Shown here: one piece after another, positions 36,502 to 48,653 of the stretch
Layout of the letters: every line of letters starts with the position of its first letter
Numbering within the stretch: position 1 is the first letter of the stretch
Origin: Curvularia clavata
Taxonomy: Eukaryota
Assembly (NCBI GenBank): GCA_023920165.1
Contig: CP089278.1
Span: 2,046,001-2,110,000 of the forward strand
Length of the DNA stretch: 64,000 nucleotides
Reading direction: 5' to 3'
Notes under the pieces: model-generated
Seen by the model: only the letters and a program-made list of their open reading frames with translations
The model's database searches: none
Told to the model about the DNA's origin: nothing
Program-made: the position numbers and the translations under genes

Positions 36502-36665
36502 GGCTGTGCCGGGCAATTGGCGCGTGTAGGGGCGTCGAGATGGGCGGGCAGTGGTGTTGAAAGGTTAATGAGCATCAGCAACGGTACTGATAATTCATTA
36601 GTAGCACGGCGGTGGTTAGCATGATGCAAGCCCGCCCGCCCACGCGCTAGACAACGTGGGATGCC

Positions 36666-36677
36666 GGGGGGGGGGGG
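36666..36677. repeat. G12 homopolymer in the AIM24/ATM1 divergent promoter
   Basis: Read directly. Confidence 0.9.
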
Positions 36678-36797
36678 TCTCCAGGTACTCACAATATGAC
36701 GTGCTTTCCATCTTCTATTCCTCTGCTTCTCCCCACCCATTGACGATTGAAAATATACAGCCCACCCAGGCGCCCTGTCTACTATGTTCATGCGGTC

Positions 36798-39083
36798 ATG
36801 TTGATCCCTCCCCTTGCCCGCGCCGCCTGCCGGCCGGGCCTGCACGCATCCACCTTGCGCCTGCACTCGGTACCATATGGCGTTCGCGTCTTCACGTCCT
36901 CTCCCCTCCGCAAAAGAGATGCCCCCAGCCAGCCGCCAAAGCCAGCATCCCAGCCTGCCGTTGAGGCGACCAAGCCTGTCGAACATGCTCTCGCCGCGAC
37001 TGCCACCTCTGCCAAACCCAAAGCCGCAAAGACGGACCCATTGCTGCAAGAGCAAGTCTTGACTAACAAGGAACAACGCAGGGCCGACTGGGCAATCATG
37101 AAAGAAATGTCGCAGTACCTGTGGCCAAAGGACAACTTAGGCACGAGATTCAGGGTTGGGCTGAGCGTGGGCCTGCTGGTGGGCGCAAAGCTACTCAACG
37201 TACAGGTTCCCTTTTACTTCAAAAGCATTGTCGACGCCATGAATATAGACTTTGCCGCTGTGGGCGGCACCGCAACTACAGTGGCTGGCTCAATGATCAT
37301 CGCATGTAAGCCGCATCTAGCAATCCGATCCCGTCGCCCTTTGGCTGATATCATCACCAGATGGTTTGACTCGTATCGGCGCAACGGTATCCCAAGAACT
37401 GCGAAACGCCGTATTTGCCAGCGTCGCCCAGAAGGCTATACGCAAGGTCGCCTGCAGTGTTTACGAGCATTTGCTCAAACTAGACCTAAGCTTCCATCTA
37501 TCAAGGCAAACAGGAGGCCTGACGAGGGCTATTGATCGCGGCACCAAGGGCATCAGTTTCTTGCTGACAGCCATGGTCTTTCATATATTCCCTACAGCAC
37601 TCGAGATCTCCATGGTTTGCGGCATTTTGACCTATCAGTATGGCTTCAAGTTTGCCCTCATTACGGCTACTACCATGACTGCCTACTCCGTCTTTACTAT
37701 TATGACCACCTCGTGGAGGACTAAGTTCAGAAAACAGGCCAATGCTGCCGATAACAGGGCAGCCACGGTCGCGGTCGACTCCATGATCAATTATGAAGCT
37801 GTCAAGGTACTTTAATCCATAAGATTGCTAGCATCCTGCGGCTAACCTTTTTCCAGTACTTCAATAACGAGAAGCATGAAGTGAAGCGCTATGACAAGGC
37901 ACTTCAGCAGTACGAAAAAGCCTCAATCAAGGTTGCCACCTCCCTTGCCTTCCTCAACTCTGGTCAAAACATCATCTTCTCTTCCGCTTTGACTGCCATG
38001 ATGTACCTTGCTGCCAATGGCGTTGCAACTGGCCAACTCACCGTCGGCGACCTTGTCATGGTCAATCAACTCGTCTTCCAGCTCTCTGTACCCCTCAACT
38101 TTCTTGGCTCCATGTACCGCGAACTACGCCAGAGCCTGCTCGACATGGAAACTCTCTTCAACCTGCAGAAGGTGAATGTGACTGTGAAAGACAAGCCCAA
38201 TGCTCCGCCACTCGCCCTCAAGACTGGCGAAATCAAATTCGAGAATGTGTCCTTTGGCTACCGTCCGGACCGACCCATCATCAAGAACCTGAACTTGACT
38301 ATTCCCGCCGGTAAGAAGGTTGCTATCGTTGGTCCTAGTGGCTGTGGAAAATCCACAATCCTCCGCTTGCTTTTCCGCTACTACGATCCTCAGGAGGGTC
38401 GCATCTTGATCGATGGCCAAGATATTCGCGATGTCAGTCTCGAGAGCCTACGCCGTGCTATTGGTGTCGTGCCCCAGGACACGCCTTTGTTTAATAACAC
38501 CATCATGCACAACATCCACTATGGTAATCTAGATGCTACACAAGAACAGGTTCGCGAAGCGGCAAGACGCGCCCGTATTGACGAGACGATTGCTCGATTC
38601 CCTGATGGCTACGACACCATGGTCGGTGAGCGAGGCATGATGATTAGCGGTGGTGAAAAGCAGAGATTAGCCATTGCGCGATTGGTCTTGAAAGATCCTC
38701 CGCTACTCTTTTTCGATGAAGCTGTATGTCTCTCTTCCGTCTTTTTTTATCTTCGAAAAAGTAACACATGACTAACGACTATCTTCAAAACGTAGACCTC
38801 CGCACTGGACACGCATACCGAACAAGCACTTCTCTTGCATATCAACTCTCTTGTCAGGGAGAAGAAACGCACGTCGGTCTTTGTTGCCCATCGCCTCCGC
38901 ACAATCTATGACTCAGACGTCATCATCGTGCTCAGCGAGGGTGGCGTCGCCGAGAGCGGAACCCATCAGCAGCTTATCGACCAAACTGGCCTGTACAGTG
39001 AGCTTTGGAGCGCACAGGAAACCATGTTCGTCGAGGAGGACAATAATCAAGGTGAGCAAGGCGAGGATGAGGCAAAGAAGTAA
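36798..39083 (+). CDS. ATM1: Mitochondrial ABC half-transporter Atm1 (Fe-S/glutathione export), 4 exons
   Basis: Presequence, [32 protein letters not shown], Walker A GPSGCGKS, signature [22 protein letters not shown]. Confidence 0.96.
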
Positions 39084-39577
39084 GATACCATGGCATTAAA
39101 AATAGTGTTCTTCTCTCGAGCCAATTTTGTACGATAAATCAAGGCATCACAGTTTTTACTCTGCTTGTATTGAGGTGCATCATATGTGATAGGTTTACTG
39201 TCCCTGTTGAAAGCTCGCCCTAGCTTATGTATTTGGGCAGACAAAGCCCACGGCAGTGACGCACTGCCTGGTCCACCTGTTCCTTACCATGAGTAGATGA
39301 TATCGTATTTTCCACAGCGCCTTTTGAATAACCATCACTGTATGTGCAATTGAGGGGACTAAGACTTGCTAGTTTCATACATTCGGGATCTATGATATTA
39401 CGGTTCTCAGTGACATGTAGTTGCCACAGAACACCCAAGACAGAAAAGCTCCAGACCCCTGATCTTCATAAACCAGTCAAAATCCATATCAGTTACCCAT
39501 AGTGGGGCAACTAACACACAATCAGTCGGTATTATGTACTTTCCATCTCCTGGCCGCCGAAAAAAAAAGAATTCTCT

Positions 39578-42487
39578 TTACTCAGCAACCTGTACCGCAA
39601 TCTTCAAAATCTCCTCGGTACTCTTGCGTGCATTCTTCGGGTCCTTCGCAACCGACTGCCAGATCTCTCCGTGCTTTGGTTCAGCCAGGGCTACCTTGGC
39701 CAACGTATCCTGCAGCTTCTCCTCAGTGCCATGCTGCAGCAGAAATTTGTAGTACCATATCCAGGCATCGCCAAAGTCGCTATCAAGCGTAACAGCTTTG
39801 ACAAACCATGTGGCAGCCTTGTCGAGGCGGCGCTCAGCCCAGAAAATGCGGGCCACGACAACGAAGAGAAGTGGGTCCTTTTCCACCTTCTTGATGGCTT
39901 CGAGGGCACGGGGCTTGCGCTGTGTGCGGCCTTCGAGATGCATGATCTTTTCAGCCCAGAGGAGACCAGAGGTGGGGCATTGTTGAAGAGCACCGGCCAT
40001 CAGTTGCTGCGCTGCGCTGATATTATTTTGGCGGCGCTCGAGGCGAACTTGTTCCAGGAGAATTTGGTCGCTCTTGGGGTTCTGCTGGCGACCTCGGTCG
40101 AGCGTTGATCTGGCCTTGACTATAGCGCCTTGCTTGACTTGTAGCCTAGACAAGAGAATGTATAGAACAGGTGCCTTGGGGGCTGCTCGGGTACCAATGT
40201 TGAATGCCTCGTGGGCTTCGGGGAGTTTGGAGAGCTGCTCGTAAATCTGGCCCTTGATCGCATGTAGCTTCCAGCTACCAGGCCAGCTCTGCAATCCCTG
40301 ATTGCATATATCTATGGCCGTCTCGTAATTGCCTAGCTGACGTTCAAGCACCGCAGACTTCATAAAGATGCGGTCTGTAGCTGCTGATTCACGCGCTACT
40401 TGCAGGAAGCTACGAGCTTGCTCGTAATTACCAGCATCTACCTCAAAGTCGACTGCGCGCGTGTATACCATTTCGTTACCAGGGAGGGCCTCAAAACTTC
40501 GACCCAGTACCTTGCGAGCGCCTTCAGGGTCACCAGATTGCCACATTTCTCGTGCGTAAAGCAGCCAGAGTGACTCAGAAGTCGGGCAGGCATTAACTGC
40601 ACGTTCTAGTACACTCAGCAATGTGTCCATAGTACCATGGTGCTTCTCAAGGTCGGCGAATGCATGCCAAATCGTCGTACTGTAAGGGAAAACAGCCACT
40701 GCGAATCCTAAGATAGCTCTTGCAGTCTCTGGTTTGTTTCGGTTCAAGACGCTTCTCGCATCTTCAAGCCAGACATCTCGACGTTCGTCGTCTTCATCGA
40801 GACCCCAACCGATGGTGGCTTTGATGATGGCAGTGGCTGTTCCCTTGTCACCTTGCTCTTCACAGATTTCGGCTTGTGCAATCCATTCCTCGCGCTTGAT
40901 CATGGCGTTTTCCTTGATAAGCGACTTCACTGCTCGAGTCATGATGGTATCAAGCATTTCCACCTTTCCTAGCTCTTCCTGAAGTCGGCAGGCGTGTATC
41001 CATATGGCCCAACTGGTAGGAATGGCTTTGCGTGCTTTGTTGAGAATTTGCTGTGCCGCTTCTGGCTCTGACACACGCGCGTATGAGATCCACAACTCCT
41101 CAGAAAGTGGTACAGTCTCAGTAGCTTTGGCGAACAAAAGCCGTACTGCGTCCAGCTCTTCGGTGTCATTGATCAGCGTTTTCCACAACTCTACACTCTG
41201 AGGGTTGTGATCCAAAGCCTGTCGAGTGACCTTCTTCCGAGCTGCAGGAGTCTGTTCAAGTTCGATAGCCGCTTGCCACAGCTTGACAGCCTTTGTGTTT
41301 TGCTTGATGCCATTCGCAGCAATGATTTTTGCGTTGTGCAGATTGTCGCGGTTCAATCGGATCGCCTCCTCCCAGACGACGACAGATCGCGGGCAAAGCT
41401 CACATCCTCGGGCAATGACCTTCTTAGCAGTGTGGATCTTACCCGCCACTTCTTCCAGTCGTGCCAGCGCAACATATCCAGGTCCGTTGTGTATATTGGT
41501 TTTGACCGCGGATTCCAATAGAACACGCGCTCGGTTGATATCCTCCACAGGTACCTCTTCACCCATAGCTTCCTTCTTGCTCAGGGCTGTCATGTATCCC
41601 TTAGGGTCCACTGATGTTGCCGTACCAGAAGTCGTAGAGGTCTGAGTGCCGGGTGCGCTTGCTGCTGAGTCGAGTCGCACAGTAAGAGCAGAAAGTTGAG
41701 CCGCACCGATACTCGCCAGATTTGTCGTCATGCCATCCGCGTCTCCTGTGGGTATCGATGTATCAAGTTCACCGCTCTTGGACGCAGCCGATATCACACT
41801 GTCTGGGACGGCGTACGATCTTGCGTTGGCAAGACGGGCTTCACGCGCACGCTTTGCTTTGCCCGTCATATCTCCAACCTCTGGCAAGGCGGCCCATTCT
41901 TCTTCGGATACGCCACCAAGGGCACGCTTTAGATCGGCGAATTGGAGTTGAATCTTGGGGTTGTTTCGTTCGTATTCTTCTCGTTCTTTTTGCTCTCGAG
42001 CTTCCCTACGGCGGACACAATCGGCATCTGTTCGTGGCAAAAAACACGATGAATACTTCGACAATAAAGATTGAGGGAGGGGCAGTGAAAAAAAAAAGAA
42101 AGAAATAGGGTGCACTAACCTTCTAGCTCTGCGCCGTTTGTCCATCTTCTCGTCAACTTCTTGGTAGATGCGATCCGCCTCGTCGTCATCTTTATCGTAG
42201 TTCATACCACTTGAAAAGAGGCCGACTTCGTTATCGGGGTCCTGGAAACGGTCTTCATCGTCGTCTCTTTCGTCTTCCTCCTTCTTCTCGGTAACACCAT
42301 ATGCAGATGGAGCAGCTTGGCCCAGTGATGCAGCGCGCTTCGCTAGCATCTCCTTCATCTGCTCCTCCGACGGACCCTCACGAGCTGGGCCGAGATCACT
42401 TCGAGTCGTGAAGCCCGTAGCTCCTCGACCCAGTCCAGCCACATAGTTCTCGGGCGCCGGCATCGACAAGAAGTCGCGTCGGCTCAT
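39578..42487 (-). CDS. PRP6: U5/tri-snRNP splicing factor Prp6 (HAT/TPR repeats), 2 exons
   Basis: DFLSMPAPENYVAGLGRGATGFTTRSDLGPAR, PKIQLQFADLKR, VDPKGY, EPKHGEIWQ; 114-nt intron 42006-42119. Confidence 0.96.
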   Translation of the reverse strand: MSRRDFLSMPAPENYVAGLGRGATGFTTRSDLGPAREGPSEEQMKEMLAKRAASLGQAAPSAYGVTEKKEEDERDDDEDRFQDPDNEVGLFSSGMNYDKDDDEADRIYQEVDEKMDKRRRARRLVHPISFFFFSLPLPQSLLSKYSSCFLPRTDADCVRRREAREQKEREEYERNNPKIQLQFADLKRALGGVSEEEWAALPEVGDMTGKAKRAREARLANARSYAVPDSVISAASKSGELDTSIPTGDADGMTTNLASIGAAQLSALTVRLDSAASAPGTQTSTTSGTATSVDPKGYMTALSKKEAMGEEVPVEDINRARVLLESAVKTNIHNGPGYVALARLEEVAGKIHTAKKVIARGCELCPRSVVVWEEAIRLNRDNLHNAKIIAANGIKQNTKAVKLWQAAIELEQTPAARKKVTRQALDHNPQSVELWKTLINDTEELDAVRLLFAKATETVPLSEELWISYARVSEPEAAQQILNKARKAIPTSWAIWIHACRLQEELGKVEMLDTIMTRAVKSLIKENAMIKREEWIAQAEICEEQGDKGTATAIIKATIGWGLDEDDERRDVWLEDARSVLNRNKPETARAILGFAVAVFPYSTTIWHAFADLEKHHGTMDTLLSVLERAVNACPTSESLWLLYAREMWQSGDPEGARKVLGRSFEALPGNEMVYTRAVDFEVDAGNYEQARSFLQVARESAATDRIFMKSAVLERQLGNYETAIDICNQGLQSWPGSWKLHAIKGQIYEQLSKLPEAHEAFNIGTRAAPKAPVLYILLSRLQVKQGAIVKARSTLDRGRQQNPKSDQILLEQVRLERRQNNISAAQQLMAGALQQCPTSGLLWAEKIMHLEGRTQRKPRALEAIKKVEKDPLLFVVVARIFWAERRLDKAATWFVKAVTLDSDFGDAWIWYYKFLLQHGTEEKLQDTLAKVALAEPKHGEIWQSVAKDPKNARKSTEEILKIAVQVAE

Positions 42488-43497
42488 GTTGGCGGTATTT
42501 TCGAGGTTTTGCGATTCAATGAAAATAGTCCGGGAGCCCTGGGGCGGATACGTGGGTTGCGTCGAAGGCGGCAGCAATCCAGTCGCTGGAAACTGTACAG
42601 GGTTGTCGAGTGGCGGCTACTTTGTTTGGCAGTATCCAGTCCGACAGTCCGCGACTGAGTTGTGTGTGAGGACCGAGTTTGGTGTAGAAGGCGTTGCTGG
42701 CCGACGCGACGTTGATAGTGATAAATTGAGGCTTGGGTGACGCGCATCACGTGCACTAGTACCTACCTATAGCTCCAGTCGCGCTAACCTAAAAGGTATG
42801 TTTGCGACAGGCTGTCCTGCACAACTTGTCCGCATGCACTCAATCTGTAACAGACTTTGGCGCGGTCAATGAAAATTCTTGAAGCAGATTTTGACAAGAT
42901 AAATTCAGTCAGTGGGCGTGCTGCGTTATGCTGCATGTCATCCTCGCAACCATAGTTTCTCAACTTTAAGCCAGGTAGTCGTCGCTCGAGGATCCCATAC
43001 CTGTTAGCGATCATATTAGCAAGGCTATTATCAGTATTCTGATAACTATGCGAGGTATCTTCACTCAATTATAGACACATATTTGGAGACCTCAAGCAGA
43101 GTGTTGAATCACCGAGTCTCAAGTTCTCCACTAGGATCGCTTTTTCGACTACGGAATCCCTTGCTGAATGTTTCGTTTTAAGCTGGCTGGGAGAGGCCAG
43201 CCATTATCAAGAAGACCACAAAGATGGTATGACTACACAGGAGCCACACGTAGAAAGAAAAAGGAACTCACGGAGTGAACTATCATCTTTAGATAAGTCA
43301 AGATCAGATATGGGAAAATACTATCATGTCGACGTTCTGCAATTCACAGACCATGTATACCAGTGACGCACGTAGTGCTTCGAGCATATATTCCACGACA
43401 ATGTGACACATGTTTCCATTACGTTCCACCGAATCATCAACTAGGTAAATATTATACATGTTTTCGTTTTTCTTGTTCACTTGTGGTCCATCCGTGG

Positions 43498-44258
43498 TTA
43501 AGTTGATGCTGTTTGGGGTATAGGCGATTTCCCATTGCTAGAATGAAGGGCATGACGTGGAGAAATGGGGGGCAATGGTGGAGCTGGGTCTTCAGCCGCT
43601 GCAGCTGCATCGCCCCGCAAGGATCGCCCACTACAAAAAGTCAGTATGCATGCAAGTAAGGGGTACATTGTTCTTGCCTTTTCGTTTTCCGCAGCTTTCC
43701 CCCAAACCATTTTTTCAAGCTTCGACTTGTAGAGGGCCGTTCCGGTTCCGGAGTAAGGGGTGTATCCAACTGCAATACACTACTCGTTTGACTCTTTCGG
43801 CCGAGTTGGCTAGCCTCCGGTGTTGCGTCGTCATCTTGGAGCGGGGGAGCCCATCTTTCCACATCGCCATTGACCACGACGAACCAGCCCAGCTTCTCTC
43901 CCGGAGCGACCTTGTCTCTTAGCTCCACTATGGCTGCCCATTGCTCATCCCCCAATCCATTGCCTCGGATTTCATCTACATCTACGCCTAGCTTGACTTC
44001 GTGTACAATGTCACATACGTATGCGTATGGCTGGTCTTTGACGGTGAAATCGTCGGGATCGTATTGCTCAATCAATTGCAGGTGTGGCAGCTGCGCCATT
44101 GTTTCTGGCCACTGATCCTTGAAGTTCTTCACCATACATGCAACCGTTGCTGGGGCCATGAGCCACTCCGGGGCGGCATCGTCGAGATTCTGAAGAATAA
44201 TATGTATGCGAATCTGCGCGCGGGGCCACCGGAAACCGTGTACAAGCCAAGTGGGCAT
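43498..44258 (-). CDS. FlbE-like developmental regulator
   Basis: MPTWLVHGFRWPR..IRIHIILQNLDDAAPEW, LIEQYDP, QPYAYV, ELRDK, GWFVV..GD.ER resemble Aspergillus FlbE (from recall); last exon joined by a probable GC-AG intron 43631-43677. Confidence 0.75.
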
Positions 44259-44845
44259 GGTGAGAGACTATACGTAACTGAGCCACAGGTAAAGAAAAAG
44301 AAAAGCGCCGTCAATAGGAGAATGTGTCCAAGATTGGGTCAAAAGAGAAGAACGATACTGGAACTGTGAAAGCAAGTGTTGTCATAATAGAGGTGACCAT
44401 CAGCAGAGCCTGGCTGGCAGCTTATTCATGATTGTGGGTAGGGCAGGCTTGTGTTCCAAGGAGACTTTTACCTTTGTCCAGACAAGGTCCGCGGATCGTA
44501 GGCTACTTGAGTCTGTAAACACGGGCGCTAGGAAAAGCAAAAGACCGGCAGCCAATGCGACACAAGACGGCGCTGATACGCCCTGGCCACGATAGCGCCA
44601 GCCGTGGGCTCCGATTGGGTTCTGTCCCGGTGCATGAAAAGAGTTGCGGGGGGAACTGGGATCAACGCGACCTGGCAGCGATCTATGGCAAGCTGCCGCC
44701 TGGCCCCGCCCACGCTAATGCAACGTCGCTCCCGCCTGCATACATCTGACTGCTCCGCCTCACTGCCACTTGGACAATGGCGGCGAGCCGATAATATACA
44801 AAGTACTTCACTGTAACTCGCCCACTATCACTCATATGTGACACC

Positions 44846-46043
44846 ATGCCCTTGTACGTCCTGTTCCCCTGCGCCAGAGCTACACCGGACGGCGCTAAAG
44901 AGTACACAGGCATCTGCTCGGCAAGAAGGTATGTGACGCGACTACGGAATCCTTGCGACTACGTCTTGACGCCTCTCACAGTCATGGAATGTCTACAATG
45001 CCGACAACATTGCGCGAGTGAAGGCCGACGAAGCTGCCGCCGCCGCCCGCGAAGCTGCCGATGAGCAGCGCATGCAAGAGCTCGACGCCGAACGACGCGC
45101 CGCTATCCTGCGAGGTGAAACACCCCCACCGCTGCCTGAGGAAGTGCCAGTCAACAACTCAGACACGAAGAGACAAAGTGAAGGAGACGATCGCACAAAT
45201 GGCAGGAAGAGGAAGAAGCTTGCTGGTGAAGATGACACGGATATGGACATACGCTTGGCCAAGTCCATCACAGCTCCCAGTGACCATGACAAGCAAGATG
45301 CCAGGATCTTAAGGCTAAGGAGCACAGCCAACGATGCTCCTTTGGAGGACCATGCCGGTCACATTGACTTGTTTCCTGTGGACATAAAAGCGGCCGTCAA
45401 GCGCGAGAAGAATGCTGAGGCAGAAAAGGAAAAGCGCAAGAAGGAAAAGGCTTTCGAGGATCAATATACCATGCGCTTCTCCAACGCGGCAGGAAGAGAC
45501 GGAATGGGACAACCTTGGTATGCAGCCCAACAAAGGCCTTCACGGGATACCGGGAAGGACCAGGAAATCGCAGCATACCTAGGCTATGTGGATAAGGATG
45601 TCTGGGGTAAAGAAGATCCCCGCCGCAAGGAGAGGGAACAGGCACGCATAACGTCTAACGATCCCTTTGCCTTGATGCAGCAAGCCCAGGTCCAACTGAA
45701 GAAGGCCAAGCGTGACAAGAAGCTGTGGGCTGAGGAGCGAGAGCGAGAGTTGCAAGAACTACGAAATGAACAAGGTTCAGAAGATAGCCAGAGCAGACAC
45801 CATAAAAGGAAGAAAAGAGACCGAGACAGTGCTGACGACCGAGCCCGCAACTTCAGTTCGTCATCACGCCACAGGCATCGTCATAGACGCCGGAGTCGTA
45901 GCCGAGATAGACACGAGCACAAATCTACTCATCGTAGGGAAAGAAGAAGTAGAAGTAGAAGTAGAAGCAATGAGCAGGACCGAAATCATCGCAGGCATCG
46001 AGATGGGCGAGTCAAGGAGCATCGGAGGTCCAGATCGAGATAA
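44846..46043 (+). CDS. Cir_N-domain / LENG1-like splicing-associated protein with RS-rich tail, 3 exons
   Basis: Spliced N-terminus MPLHLLGKKSWNVYNADNIARV from exons 44846-44853, 44910-44928 and 44982-46043; GHIDLF, QYTMRFSNAAG, DPFA; RSRSR tail. Confidence 0.85.
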
Positions 46044-46411
46044 TATTATGAAATCCTTGAGCAAATCAGCTGAAAACACTATCCTGTTGTTTTCAACCCT
46101 ATGAGGGCGGAGTTTGGCCTACATAGACTGCTATTGCTAAGACCCTGGGAACTGTAGATGTGAGCAATGAGATTTTTGCAAGCAATGGTTGCACAAAGGC
46201 CGTGAAAAAAGAAACGTTTCGAAAATTTGAATCAAATCGAATGAGATCATAATCACGGTCATACTAGACCTCTAGACGTTATTCAGGAGTGGGTATATTC
46301 GCATCCAAATAACACATTTCAGCCTTTGCATCATGGCAAAAGCTACGTTCCGTACAGAGGGTGAGTTGTCACTGTTCTCATCTACATTCCACCCAAACCC
46401 GAACAACACTC

Positions 46412-48653
46412 TCACATCTTGTTCGCATCACCCTTTTCAACGATACCCGTATCTCCCGCTTCACGAACAGGGTCACCCGCAAGGTCTTGTCGCGAACCCT
46501 GGTCGTGTAGGTCAAATAGCGGCTCCATAGGCTCCACATCTTTGCGCAAAATATGCTTTTGGAAGTACCACGGTAGCTTCCTGCGGTAGTAAGCCGAAAA
46601 CTGACCGTTGCCCACATCGAATACGGTGTCCAGCTCTTCCAGCGTAAGGGCCTTGGTCTCAGGCAGCAGGAAATAAGCGTAGACAAAGCCAAAAAAATTC
46701 CAAGCTGCATACCAGCAAAAAGCGCCGGTGGGGGTAAAAGCCGCTTCGAGTGCCGGCCATGTAAGGGAGAGAATAAAGTTGAACCCCCAGCAGATGGCGG
46801 TAGCGAACGACATGCCAACGTCGCGGAGATGCAAGGGGAAAGCTTCGGCCGAGTATGTGAAAGGGACAGGACCTTCACCAGGTGAGTAGACGGCCATGAC
46901 TAGGGAACGAAGTCAGTAAGTTTGTTTGTAAGCCCGTCATATTGGGCATAATGTAGTGCAGTCATGACTGAACTCACAAGTATATATGGCAGCTGCGATG
47001 GATCCGAGACGGCCCTGTGTTGGAGTACCATCTGGATTGTTCGGCAGGAAGAATGAGAAGCCGCACCACAAAAGACAAATTCCCATCAGCGGGAAAGTGG
47101 TTAGCAGTAGGTTGCGACGACCGAACGTGTCAATGGTGTAGATTGCTGGAATAGCAAAGAGGAAGTTCGTGATACCCGTACCCATAGACGTCAACAGTGC
47201 TTCAGACTGACTGAACCCAGCTGATCGGAAGATCGATGTACTGTAGTAAGCAATGACCTAGAGCCAAGTGAATCAGAAGGTGTGTTAATGCAAAAGAGTG
47301 ATGCTACATACGTTAACTCCACAGAATTGTTGCATGAACATGACGAAGAAGGCACTCTGAGCAGCACGACGGTTGCGACGAACCAAAAAGAACTCTCGCA
47401 GTGGGTTTCGGCCCTCACGCTCAGCATTCTCAATCTCAAGCAGTTTGTAGGCGTAGTACATGTCTCGCGCGGCTTGCACTTTGATCCGTCGGAGACGGCA
47501 AAGAGATTTGAAGGCCTTGTCGAATTTTCCCTTTTCCATGTACCTTTGAACGAGGTCAGTATGCGTGGGTTAGGAATACATGGAAAATATACACACCAGC
47601 GAGGTGACTCTGGACAGAAATAAACCTGAATACAGACGATCATGGGCGGGATACTCGTGCTGGCCAACATCCACCTCCATGGTGAAGTAGGCCCACCAAT
47701 AATGGTTACGTTCTGAAATGCGACCGACACGATAAAACCCAGCATGATACCGAATGCCGTCCACATCTGCCACATCATGGTTAGCGCTCCACGAATAGTC
47801 TTTGGCGCAGACTCTGCAGCATAGACGGGCGTGGTTGATGACTTTGCGCCGACCGCGAAACCGAGCATAAATCGCGCGACGAGCAGGTTTGGCCCTATGT
47901 ATGTGTCAGTATCCATTTCATGCGTGTTTGTTTGGATCTAACTTACAGCTCTCGCAAGCAGCCATCCAGATGCCAGTTATGAAAGATATGATACACGAAA
48001 TAAAAATGGTTCCGCGACGACCGAAGTATTTGTTGAGTGGCGCGTTAGACCAACAGCCTATGAGCGCGGAACAGAGGTATGGAGCGCCGTTGAGTAGGCC
48101 GCGAAGCCATACTTGATCTTCGCCGATATTAAACTCTTCAAAGTAGAATCCCTACAAAAGAAACATTAGGCTTGGAATTCTTTGAATCCAAAGTGGGGGG
48201 TAAACTGACCTGAGCACCATTCACAGCTGTTTGATCCATTCCTTGTACGATAGCGGATCCAGCACAGAGCACGACTAAAAAGTACAACATGAAGGGCTGC
48301 GACCAACGGTGATTGATCTCATGCCGCAACATGTCCTTCTCCTCCACTGACAGAGCATCCACGTATTCGAATCCATCCTCCCGCTGGCCGACGCGAGCGA
48401 TCAGTGCGCCCTTGCGAAAAGCTTCGAGTTCACTTTGGAGTCCTTTCTCTGTACACCATGTTTCGACATCAGCCAGGACCTGTTGCTCACTGAGACCTGC
48501 TAAAGGGTTTCGAAGTTTGGCTGCTACAGATGCCTGTCGATGTTGAACACCAGTGTGTTCATGATGCTGCGCGGTATTGAAGTCGGACTTGCTGCTACCC
48601 GAAGAGGAGACAGTAGGCTCGGTAGCCTCGATATCAGGCTTTCGTCGAGACAT
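46412..48653 (-). CDS. MFS sugar porter (polyol/myo-inositol transporter-like), 6 exons
   Basis: QGMDQTAVNGAQ, FGRRG, PVYAAESAP..IRGAL, PESPRW, MQQFCGVN, IDTFGRRNLL, SPGEGPVPFTYSAEAFPL, PETKALTLEELD. Confidence 0.93.

Noticed and set aside
35751..37076. 441-aa minus-strand ORF
   Set aside because: Composite of antisense ATM1, promoter, an off-frame exon and intron, and the true AIM24 exon 2; not one protein.
42488..42577. Non-AUG N-terminal extension of PRP6 (and similarly 30439-30477 for the helicase)
   Set aside because: The downstream ATGs match the expected conserved N-termini; short open upstream frames are expected by chance.
42784..43068. 94-aa ORF between PRP6 and the FlbE-like gene
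   Set aside because: No recognisable homology or splice support.
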